Positions 1 to 9,846 of a stretch of DNA of 64,000 nt are shown here, piece after piece. The DNA is taken from the NCBI GenBank assembly GCA_964016885.1, contig OZ024743.1, forward strand, positions 206,894,001-206,958,000. Direction: 5' to 3'. The notes under the pieces were generated by a model. That model searched no databases. It was not told the origin of the DNA and worked only from the letters and a program-made list of their open reading frames with translations. Position numbers and translations under genes: made by a program. The stretch is from Eledone cirrhosa (taxonomy: Eukaryota). The number at the start of each line of letters is the position of its first letter. Position 1 is the stretch's first letter.

Positions 1-150
1 TAAAATGTGAAGAAAAAAAAACCAAAAATAGATATTGAAATAAAACTACTTTTTCATAAAATCTGAAGAAGAAAAAAAAAAGAAAAAGAAGAAAAACGAA
101 ATTTAAAATAAAAAAAAATATTTTATTTTGTTTTGTATTTCTTTTTGTAA
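1..150. repeat. A/T-rich low-complexity tract
   Basis: Runs of A (aagaaaaaaaaa...) followed by runs of T; no coding signal. Confidence 0.7.
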
Positions 151-269
151 AATGTGAAGAAGCCAAACTAAAGATCAACAGCAGTGTTTGAAACAACAAG
201 AGCAACAACAATTTCATGATTATAAGTGGAAAGTTGCCAACTGAGCTAGTTATAAATAGTATGTCAATA

Positions 270-323
270 AAGGATTGTGGATTTGTAGAATTGGTAGAGT
301 GTCAGATAAAATACCATTATAGT
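270..323 (+). mobile_element. 5' part of a tRNA-derived SINE, interrupted by the MITE at 324
   Basis: 'gtagaattggtagagtgtcagataaaataccatt' matches the head of the copy at 1787 ('gcagaattggtagagcatcagaaaaaaataccatt'); the SINE resumes at 774. Confidence 0.7.
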
Positions 324-773
324 CAGGGTTGAATTTAAACAGTGGTGGGGGCCCTGGGCCACTTTAGGTTTGTTTGTTTGTTTTTTTGGGGGGGTGGGTG
401 GGTGCTCTCATTTTGTGCTAATGATCCAAGCCATAAATATTGACTTTAAAAGCAGTGGAAGCATTTGGAATTGGAAATGTTTGTGTCCCAATGCATACAG
501 CTATAATTATAGTCAATCATACTCAGGGCTGAATTTAGAACTTGGGGTGCCCCAGGGCACTTCAGGTTTGGGGGACCACCTCACACACAAAAAATTAGAA
601 TACACAGCAAGCCCTCCAATTTTTACATGCAGGTATTAAATGTAAAGATTCTAACCCTCCTAAAACTAAAAAGCCCAGCTGAGGGCACAAATAAATTGCT
701 ACAGCCGTTGCTGGTGACCCCCCTCCCAACTGCAAGGGACCTGGGGCAATTGCGCCCAATATATCTGGCCCTG
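324..773. mobile_element. Non-autonomous hAT-like DNA transposon (MITE), ~450 bp
   Basis: Ends CAGGGttgaattt...atatctggCCCTG form imperfect TIRs. Flanks attatagt (316-323) and attgtagt (774-781) are an 8-bp TSD with one mismatch, the length typical of hAT elements. It splits a SINE. Confidence 0.7.
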
Positions 774-928
774 ATTGTAGTACTTGTCCTGGATCTTTAT
801 GTTCTAAGTTCAAATCCTGTTGAGGTCAACTTTGACTGTCAACTTTCTGGGGTGAATCAAATAAAGTATCAGACAAATACTGGGGTTGATTTAATCAACT
901 TTGCCCTTCTTTCAAATTGTTGGCCTTG
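774..928 (+). mobile_element. 3' part of the interrupted SINE
   Basis: B-box-like 'aagttcaaatcc', core 'gaggtcaactttg...aaataaagtatcag...ggggttgatttaatcaact' and tail 'aaattgttggccttg', shared with the other copies. Confidence 0.75.
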
Positions 929-1328
929 GGGACTGTCAGAAGCAACCATCTCCAACTGATCTGGCTGGATCCCCAAGCAAGACCAGCAAAGATCATGGAT
1001 GTTATCTAACCATCTTTCTCGGGGTCTACCCCAGGCTCTCCTGCCGGCTGGTTTTGTCCGTAAAATCTGTCCAGCAATTCTTTCCTGAGACATTCTAACC
1101 ACATGCCCATAGTATTGGAGCTGTGATCTCTCAATTCGGAGAAGTAGTGACTGTACCTGGAGTGACTGTCTGATCTCTGAGCTACGCACTCTATTGAGTA
1201 ATGTTACTCCAAAGACCCTTTGGAGGAACCCCATTTCGGTCGCTTGTATTCATGATCATATTCTTTCGGTCATTACCCAAGATTCGTGACCATAGATAAG
1301 GATTAACACAAATACTGAATTGATAGAG
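929..1328 (-). pseudogene. Decayed RTE-clade non-LTR retrotransposon fragment (C-terminal region after the RT domain)
   Basis: Minus-strand translation reads SVFVLILIYGHESWVMTERI*S*IQATEMGFLQRVFGVTLLNRVRSSEIRQSLQVQSLLLRIERSQLQYYGHVVRM...GRRAWGRPRERWLD. This has the YGxExW, EMxFLRR, (W/Y)GHxxRM and GRRxxGRPxxRW motifs of RTE/Rex3/Expander ORFs. Two in-frame TGA stops; truncated at both ends. Confidence 0.88.
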
Positions 1329-1532
1329 TGTCGGATATAATCCATTGAGGTATTTGTTCTGGCTCTTTGGTTCTTTACATTCAGAGTTCAATTCCCTCCA
1401 AAGTAAACTTTGCTTTCATCCTTCTAAGGTTAATAAAATAAAGTACCAGTTACATTCTGGTGTTGATATAATTAACTTTCTCCTCTATCCCAAAATTACT
1501 GGATTTGTGCCTAAAGTAGAAATTATTATTTA
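1316..1532 (+). mobile_element. tRNA-derived SINE copy, 5'-truncated
   Basis: 'gagttcaattcc' B-box, core 'ctttcatccttctaaggttaataaaataaagtaccag', tail 'gtgcctaaagtagaaattattatt'. Confidence 0.8.
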
Positions 1533-1549
1533 GTATAATATTTCGTTGG

Positions 1550-1690
1550 TGCTAGGAAGGGTACCCAGCTGTAGAAATCAACCCCAAACAAAGCAGGATC
1601 TTGTCATGTGACTGGTCTGGTCTCAGTACATGACAGCTGTCTAACCCATGAAAACATGGAAAATAGTCGTTAAACAGTGATGATGATAAT
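1550..1690 (+). mobile_element. 3' fragment of a second retroposon (SINE-like) family with a (TGA)n tail
   Basis: 'ggaagggtacccagctgtagaaa' ... 'tctaacccatgaaaacatggaaaatagtcgttaaacagtgatgatgat'; a related tail recurs at 1730-1781. Confidence 0.5.
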
Positions 1691-1729
1691 TTATTACATA
1701 ATATAACAAAATATTCTTATATCAATAAA

Positions 1730-1781
1730 GTCTAACCCACGCTAGCGTGGAAGATAGATGTTGAACAATGATGCATGATGT
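1730..1781 (+). mobile_element. Short tail fragment of the same second retroposon family
   Basis: 'gtctaacccacgctagcgtggaagatagatgttgaacaatgatgcatgatg' aligns with 1639-1688. Confidence 0.45.
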
Positions 1782-1786
1782 TAGAA

Positions 1787-2010
1787 GAAGGTGATGGGTT
1801 AGCAGAATTGGTAGAGCATCAGAAAAAAATACCATTGCGTTATTTATTTTGGTTCTTTACGTTTTAAAATTCAAGTCTTGCTGAGATCAACTTTCTCTTT
1901 CATCTTTCTAAGCCCAATAAAATAAAATACCAGTAATGTACTGAAATCTATATAATCCACTTTCCCTTTACCACAATTTGCTGATTTTGTGTCTATATCA
2001 AAAATCAATA
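1787..2010 (+). mobile_element. tRNA-derived SINE copy, full length and diverged
   Basis: A-box-like 'tagcagaattgg', degenerate B-box 'aattcaagtc', core 'ctttcatctttc...aataaaataaaataccag'. Confidence 0.75.
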
Positions 2011-2019
2011 AAAAGATCG

Positions 2020-5000
2020 AATATAGTCATTGAAATAAATGAGATATCACATGATAGATGTTGTAGAGGCTATTGTAGGTCATAATGTAGTCATTAGAAT
2101 AAATGAGATATCACATGACAGACGTTATAGAGCCTATTGTAGGTCATAACGTAGTCATTAGAATAAATGAGATATCACATGATAGATGTTGTAAAGGCTA
2201 TTGTAGGTCATAATATAGTCATTAGAATAAATGAGATATCACATGACAAACGTTGTAGAGGCTATTGTAGGTCATAATATAGTCATTAGAATAAATGAGA
2301 TATCACATGACAGACGTTATAGAGGCTATTTAGGTCATAACGTAGTCATTAGAATAAATGAGATATCACATGACAGGCATTGTAGAGGCTATTGTAGGTC
2401 ATAATATAGTCATTAGAATAAATGAGATATCACATGACAGGCATTGTAGCGGCTATTGTAGGTCATAATATAGTCATTAGAATAAATGAGATATCACATG
2501 ACAGGCATTGTAGAGGCTATTGTAGGTCATAATATAGTCATTAGAATAAATGAGATATCACATGACAGACATTGTAGAGGCTATTGTAGGTCATAATGTA
2601 GTCATTAGAATAAATGAGATATCACATGACAGACATTGTAGAGGCTATTGTAGGTCATAATATAGTCATTAGAATAAATGAGATATCACATGACAGATGT
2701 TGTAGAGGCTATTGTAGGTCATAACGTAGTCATTAGAATAAATGAGATATCACATGACAGCCGTTGTAGAGGCTATTTAGGTCATAACGTAGTCATTAGA
2801 ATAAATGAGATATCACATGACAGATGTTGTAGAGGCTATTGTAGGTCATAATGTAGTCATTAGAATAAATGAGATATCACATGACAGATGTTGTAGAGGC
2901 TATTGTAGGTCATAATGTTGTCATTAGAATAAATGAGATATCACATAACAGACGTTGTAGAGGCTTTTTAGGTCATAACGTCGTCATTAGAATAAATGAG
3001 ATATCACATGACAGATGTCGTAGCGGCTATTGTAGGTCATAACGTAGTCATTAGAATAAATGAGATATCACATGACAGGCATTGTAGAGGCTATTGTAGG
3101 TCATAATGTAGTCATTAGAATAAATGAGATATCACATGACAAACGTTGTAGAGGCTATTTAGGTCATAATGTAGTCATTAGAATAAATGAGATATCACAT
3201 GACAGATGTCGTAGAGGCTATTGTAGGTTATAACGTAGTCATTAGAATAAATGAGATATCACATGACAGGCATTGTAGAGGCTATTGTAGGTCATAATGT
3301 AGTCATTAGAATAAATGAGATATCACATGACAGGCATTGTAGAGGCTATTGTAGGTCATAATATAGTCATTAGAATAAATGAGATATCACATGACAGATG
3401 TTGTAGAGGCTATTGTAGGTCATAATGTAGTCATTAGAATAAATGAGATATCACATGACAGGCATGGTAGGGGCTATTGTAGGTCATAATGTAGTCATTA
3501 GAATAAATGAGATATCACATGACAGGCATTGTAGAGTCTATTGTAGGTCATAATATAGTCATTAGAATAAATGAGATATCACATGACAGATGTTGTAGAG
3601 GCTATTGTAGGTCATAATGTAGTCATTAGAATAAATGAGATATCACATGACAGGCATGGTAGGGGCTATTGTAGGTCATAATGTAGTCATTAGAATAAAT
3701 GAGATATCACATGACAGGCATTGTAGAGTCTATTGTAGGTCATAATATAGTCAGTAGAATAAATGAGATATCACATGACAGGCATTGTAGAGTCTATTGT
3801 AGGTCATAATATAGTCATTAGAATAAATGAGATATCACATGACAGATGTTGTAGAGGCTATTGTAGGTCATAATGTAGTCATTAGAATAAATGAGATATC
3901 ACATGACAGACGTTGTAGAGGCTATTGTAGGTCATAATGTAGTCATTAGAATAAATGAGATATCACATGACAGGCATTGTAGAGGCTATTGTAGGTCATA
4001 ATATAGTCATTAGAATAAATGAGATATCACATGACAGGCATTGTAGCGGCTATTGTAGGTCATAATATAGTCATTAGAATAAATGAGATATCACATGACA
4101 GGCATTGTAGAGGCTATTGTAGGTCATAATATAGTCATTAGAATAAATGAGATATCACATGACAGACATTGTAGAGGCTATTGTAGGTCATAATGTAGTC
4201 ATTAGAATAAATGAGATATCACATGACAGACATTGTAGAGGCTATTGTAGGTCATAATATAGTCATTAGAATAAATGAGATATCACATGACAGATGTTGT
4301 AGAGGCTATTGTAGGTCATAACGTAGTCATTAGAATAAATGAGATATCACATGACAGACGTTGTAGAGGCTATTTAGGTCATAACGTAGTCATTAGAATA
4401 AATGAGATATCACATGACAGACGTTGTACAGGCTATTTAGGTCATAATGTAGTCATTAGAATAAATGAGATATCACATGACAGATGTTGTAGAGGCTATT
4501 GTAGGTCATAATGTAGTCATTAGAATAAATGAGATATCACATGACAGATGTTGTAGAGGCTATTGTAGGTCATAATGTTGTCATTAGAATAAATGAGATA
4601 TCACATAACAGACGTTGTAGAGGCTTTTTAGGTCATAACGTCGTCATTAGAATAAATGAGATATCACATGACAGATGTCGTAGAGGCTATTGTAGGTCAT
4701 AACGTAGTCATTAGAATAAATGAGATATCACATGACAGGCATTGTAGAGGCTATTGTAGGTCATAATGTAGTCATTAGAATAAATGAGATATCACATGAC
4801 AAACGTTGTAGAGGCTATTTAGGTCATAATGTAGTCATTAGAATAAATGAGATATCACATGACAGATGTCGTAGAGGCTATTGTAGGTTATAACGTAGTC
4901 ATTAGAATAAATGAGATATCACATGACAGGCATTGTAGAGGCTATTGTAGGTCATAATGTAGTCATTAGAATAAATGAGATATCACATGACAGGCATTGT

Positions 5001-6046
5001 AGAGGCTATTGTAGGTCATAATATAGTCATTAGAATAAATGAGATATCACATGACAGATGTTGTAGAGGCTATTGTAGGTCATAATGTAGTCATTAGAAT
5101 AAATGAGATATCACATGACAGGCATGGTAGGGGCTATTGTAGGTCATAATGTAGTCATTAGAATAAATGAGATATCACATGACAGGCATTGTAGAGTCTA
5201 TTGTACGTCATAATATAGTCATTAGAATAAATGAGATATCACATGACAGATGTTGTAGAGGCTATTGTAGGTCATAATGTAGTCATTAGAATAAATGAGA
5301 TATCACATGACAGGCATGGTAGGGGCTATTGTAGGTCATAATGTAGTCATTAGAATAAATGAGATATCACATGACAGGCATTGTAGAGTCTATTGTAGGT
5401 CATAATATAGTCAGTAGAATAAATGAGATATCACATGACAGGCATTGTAGAGTCTATTGTAGGTCATAATATAGTCATTAGAATAAATGAGATATCACAT
5501 GACAGATGTTGTAGAGGCTATTGTAGGTCATAATGTAGTCATTAGAATAAATGAGATATCACATGACAGACGTTGTAGAGGCTATTGTAGGTCATAATGT
5601 AGTCATTAGAATAAATGAGATATCACATGACAGATGTTGTAGAGGCTATTGTAGGTCATAGTGTAGTCATTAGAATAAATGAGATATCACATGACAGATG
5701 TTGTAGAGGCTATTGTAGGTCATAACGTAGTCATTAGAATAAATGAGATATCACATGACAGGCATTGTAGAGGCTATTGTAGGTCATAATATAGTCATTA
5801 GAATAAATGAGATATCACATGACAGACGTTATAGAGCCTATTGTAGGTCATAACGTAGTCATTAGAATAAATGAGATATCACATGACAGATGTTGTAGAG
5901 GCTATTGTAGGTCATAACGTAGTCATTAGAATAAATGAGATATCACATGACAGATGTTGTAGAGGCTATTGTAGGTCATAATGTAGTCATTAGAATAAAT
6001 GAGATATCACATGACAGATGTTGTAGAGGCTATTGTAGGTCATAGT
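2020..6046. repeat. Satellite A: 64-bp tandem repeat, ~63 copies (some 63 bp)
   Basis: Consensus ATGTAGTCATTAGAATAAATGAGATATCACATGACAGATGTTGTAGAGGCTATTGTAGGTCATA; 'gagatatcac' at 2041, 2105 and onward. The 63-bp variant reads 'tatttagg'. Confidence 0.98.
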
Positions 6047-6185
6047 CGATTGCTCTGGAGATATTGATATTATTATTTGTTTTTTGTTATTGTGCATTTT
6101 CACTCAATTTTATTGTAAATCCCCACTGTGCTTGTCTTTGATTTGTCCCCTATATGTTGGCCCTTGTGGACAATAAATGAAACCA
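6047..6185 (+). mobile_element. Probable retroposon 3' UTR/tail remnant
   Basis: T-rich tract then 'tgtcccctatatgttggcccttgtggacaataaa', resembling from memory the 3' tail of octopus retroposons; ends in AATAAA. Confidence 0.4.
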
Positions 6186-6187
6186 TT

Positions 6188-7113
6188 AGCGGTGGATTGA
6201 CAGTATCGGTAGAGGGTCGGACGCCATGCGTTGCAGCATAGAGTTATGGCCCTTTATGATCTGAGTTCAAATCCCGCCGAGGTTAACTTTGCCTTTCATC
6301 CTTATGGGGTCGATAAAATAAAGTACCAGTAATACACTGGGATAATTGCTGGCCTTGTGCCAAAAGTAGAAACAATTATTATTATCATGATTATTATTAG
6401 CTGAGTTCAAATCCTGCCAAGGTTAGCTTTGCTTTACATCTTTACGGAGTCGATAAAATAAAGTACCAGTAATGCACTGCTATTGATTTAATCGACTTTC
6501 CCCCTCCTCCAAAATTGCTGGCCTTGTGCCTATAGTAGAAATTATAGAGTTACCTCCCTTTATGATCTGAGTTCAAATCCCGCCGAGGTTAACTTTGCCT
6601 TTCATCCTCACGGGGTCGATAAAATAAAGTACCAGTAATACACTGGGATAATTGCTGGCTTTGTGCCAAAAGTAGAAACAATTATTATTATTAAAGTGTA
6701 GTAGATTGACAGTATTGTTAGAGCATAAGACACCCTGCTTTGAAGCATAGAGTTACAGCCCTTTACGTTCTGAGCTCAAATCCTACCGAGGTTAGCTTTG
6801 CCCTTCATTCTTACAGGGTCGATAAAATAAAGCACCAGTAATGCACTGGTTCGATTTAATCAATTTTACCCCTCCCCTTCAAATTACTGGCCTTGTGCCT
6901 TAATCAGAAACCATTATTATTGTCGGTTGATTGGCAGTATCGGTAGAGAGTCGGACGCCATGCTTTGCAGCATAGAGTTACGGCCCTTTATGGTCTGAAT
7001 TCAAATCCCGCCGAGATTAACTTTGCCTTTCATCCTTACGGGGTCGATAAAATAAAGTACCAGTAATACACTGGGATAATTGCTGGCCTTGTGCCTAAAG
7101 TAGAAACAGTTAA
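6188..7113 (+). mobile_element. Head-to-tail cluster of five tRNA-derived SINE copies (about 6188-6385, 6400-6545, 6544-6692, 6693-6921, 6922-7113)
   Basis: Each has a B-box like 'gagttcaaatcc', a core like 'gaggttaactttgcctttcatccttacggggtcgataaaataaagtaccag' (Nin/Deu-domain-like, from memory) and tail 'ggccttgtgcc...agaaa', mostly followed by (ATT)n. Copies 2 and 3 are 5'-truncated. Confidence 0.9.

Positions 7114-7114
<1 letters not shown>

Positions 7115-7168
<54 letters not shown>
7115..7168. repeat. (GTT)18 microsatellite at a SINE tail
   Basis: Direct reading. Confidence 0.95.
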
Positions 7169-7269
7169 AATAATATTTTAGCTGGCAAAACCTGCTACTA
7201 ACTAAAAACCCAAACCTGATTGACAATTGATTGTGGCCAACAATAAAATCAATAGAGAAATGGGGTTTT

Positions 7270-7790
7270 TGTGTGACTGTGTGTATGTATATGTATGTGT
7301 GTATGGGAGTGAATGTGAGTTTGTGTGACTGTGTGTATGTATATGTATGTGTGTGTATGGGAGTGAATGTGAGTTTGTGTGACTGTGTGTATGTATATGT
7401 ATGTGACTGTGTGTATGTGTGTGTGTATGGGAGTGAATGTGAGTTTGTGTATGTTTGTGTATGTATATGTATGTGACTGTGTGTATGTATATGTGCGTGT
7501 GTGTGTATGGAAGTGAATGTGAGTTTGTGTATGTTTGTGTATGTATATGTATGTGACTATGTGTATGTATGTGTGTGTGTATGGGAGTGAATGTGAGTTT
7601 GTGTGAGTTTGTGTATGTTTGTGTATGTATGTACACTTGTGTGTGTATGCATTGTGTGAGTGAGTGAATGTGAACGTGCATTCATATATGTGTGCATGTG
7701 TGAGTGTGCTAGTGCGTATATGTGTGTGTGTGTTGGTGTATGTGTGTGTATGTGTGTGTGTGTTGGTGTATGTGTGTGTATGTGTGTGTC
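7270..7790. repeat. Compound TG/TA-rich microsatellite-minisatellite
   Basis: Repeated 'gtgtatgggagtgaatgtgagtttgtgt' blocks with variable (TG/TATG)n linkers; a 30-bp duplication near 7721-7780. Confidence 0.9.
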
Positions 7791-7929
7791 CTGACCAAGC
7801 AACTCAATGAATTCATTGCAAAGTATTCAATATGAGGTGTATTGGTTTGAATCAGTTAATTACCTATTCAGTTAGCTGTAGGTTAACAAAGTAAATAAAT
7901 AAATATATATATAAATAAATAAATACATA

Positions 7930-8072
7930 TCATGTTTAATATGGAAATGGCTTCTACAGGACTAGAAATGTTTCATTCGAAAGAAATCATCAGGAAAGCT
8001 CTGATGATTTATTTTTGAATGATCATTTCTAGTCTTCTAGTCCTGCAGAAGCCATTTCTATATTAAATATGA
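7930..8072. repeat. Long inverted repeat/hairpin (~64-bp arms, 7-nt loop), possibly a Penelope-like remnant
   Basis: Left arm tcatgtttaatatggaaatggcttctacaggactagaaatgtttcattcgaaagaaatcatcag pairs with the right arm ctgatgattt...gcagaagccatttctatattaaatatga. The right arm carries an extra 8-bp 'ttctagtc' duplication. Confidence 0.85.
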
Positions 8073-8136
8073 AGATTATATGCTAGTAATGTATTCAGTA
8101 CCTTACTAACTGTGGTTACCCCAGATTATACCCGGG

Positions 8137-8139
<3 letters not shown>

Positions 8140-8183
<44 letters not shown>

Positions 8184-8185
8184 TA
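8140..8185. repeat. Interrupted (CA)n microsatellite
   Basis: Direct reading. Confidence 0.9.
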
Positions 8186-8340
8186 TCTAGCATTATTAAC
8201 GAAGATCGTTGATATCATATCAATGGTCCCTGGCCGTCTAACTCACTCAATGAATCTGTCAAATTGCAATAATGCAACTGCAATTAGCTGTTCAGAGTGC
8301 ACACATTTTAGTTAATAGAAGGTAGGATATATATATAAAT

Positions 8341-9450
8341 AATTCTTTCTAATTTACACAAAGCCAACAATTTAGGGAAAAGGGAAAGTCGATTATATTG
8401 ATCCCATTACATAACTGGTATTTTTATTTTATCAACGTTAGAAGGGGGGGGGGGGGGACAAAGTTGACCTCGGCAGGATTTGAACTCAGCAAGTAAACGG
8501 CCAGAACAAATGCTGCAAAGTATTTGTATAATGCTTTAACAATTCTACCAATTCCCTTCCCTTATAATTCTTTCTGAGATTGGCACAAGGCCAACAAATT
8601 GGAGGAGGTAGTGGACGGTGGAGAGTGGAGGGGAAAATTGATTATAATGACCATAGTACTTTACTGGTACTTTATTTTAGCAAACCTGGAAAAATGGAAA
8701 ACCAAAGTTGACCTCTGCAGAATTAGAACTCAGGACATAGAAAGCTGCAACTAAATACTGCAAAGCATTTTGTCCAACACTCTACCGATTCTGCCAATTC
8801 ACCAGCCTAATAAATAAATAGATTGATAAATAATTGTCTCTACTTTTGGCACAAGGCCAGCAATTACCCAGTACATTACTGGAACTTTATTTTATTGACC
8901 CTGTAAGGATGAAAGGCAAAGTTAACCTCGGCGGGATTTGAAATCAGAATGGCATGGGCCCTAACTCTATGCGTCAAAGCATAGTGCCTGACCCTCTACC
9001 GATACTGCCAATCCTGATAAATAATTGTTTCTACTTTAGGCACAAGGCCAGCAATTACCCAGTGCATTACTGGTACTTTATTTTATCGACCCCGTAAGGA
9101 TGAAAGGCAAAGTCAACCTCAGTGGGATTTGAACTCAGACCGTAAAGGGACGTAACTATGCTGGAAAGCATGGCGTCCGACCCTCTACCGATACTGCCAA
9201 TTCAACGCCAATCCTGATAAATAATGGTTTCTAATTTAGGCACAAGGCTGGAAATTTTGGAGTAGGGAAGGGAGTTGAGCTAGTTGATTATATTGATAAC
9301 AGTACATGACTGGTACTTTATTTTATTGACCCCCTGAAGGATGAAAGACAAAGTTGACTTCGGGCAGGATTTGAACTTGGAACACAAAGCACTGTAAATA
9401 TATACCAGAAAGCATTTTGTTTGATGCACAAACGATTCCATCAATTCACT
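8341..9450 (-). mobile_element. Cluster of five minus-strand copies of the same SINE (about 8341-8563, 8564-8810, 8826-9014, 9019-9210, 9220-9450)
   Basis: Reverse complement of the core, e.g. 'ctggtactttattttatcgaccccgtaaggatgaaaggcaaagtcaacctc...ggatttgaactcag', recognisable in each copy. Confidence 0.9.
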
Positions 9451-9618
9451 TTATTTGTATTTGTACTTATGGCAGTGTTCACCTGGGGCGGGTTGAGCCT
9501 GCCTCATCGGGCGATTGGTTTCACAAGCGGTCACCAGCTGCAAGTATAGGATAGTGCAGAGCTTTTGCTTTTACACCCAATCCAATTTGGTGGAGTCAGT
9601 GTCATGACAGTGATGTAT

Positions 9619-9846
9619 GGGAAGTTAGTTTGGCTGGCAGAAGTGATAGACATAACCTATTTGAGCCATTTTGTAGGCCAGTAGTAGCTCCCCCTACTGC
9701 CCAGTTCAGGCATACTAGCCCTTGGCACCAATCATGGGAGGGAGTTTGGTTGACAGATGATAAACATAACCTACTTAAGCCATTTTGTAGGCCAGCCAGA
9801 GCTCATCCCACTGGTCAGCTCCAGCATACTGATCCTTGGCACCATA
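9619..9846. repeat. Diverged 114-bp tandem dimer containing the satellite B seed
   Basis: 'cataacct' at 9651/9765, 'ccattttgtaggccag' at 9666/9780 and 'cttggcacca' at 9721/9835 all have offset 114. Confidence 0.85.

Noticed and set aside
370-959. ORFs 370-639, 595-813 and 627-959 as a transposase
   Set aside because: No DDE, BED-finger or hATC motifs, and they run across MITE and SINE sequence.
4275-4511. 78-aa repeat ORF in satellite A
   Set aside because: Arises from two consecutive 63-bp in-frame units.
7202-7802. His/Thr-rich and Val/Cys-rich ORFs
   Set aside because: Translations of TG/CA microsatellite.
8190-8320. Possible minus-strand host exon in a non-repetitive island (several AG acceptors, a GTGAGT donor-like site)
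   Set aside because: The peptides are very short and unrecognisable, and cannot be supported without transcript data.
6188-9450. tRNA genes suggested by A/B-box motifs
   Set aside because: Box spacing is too long, no cloverleaf forms, and each is attached to a SINE core and tail.
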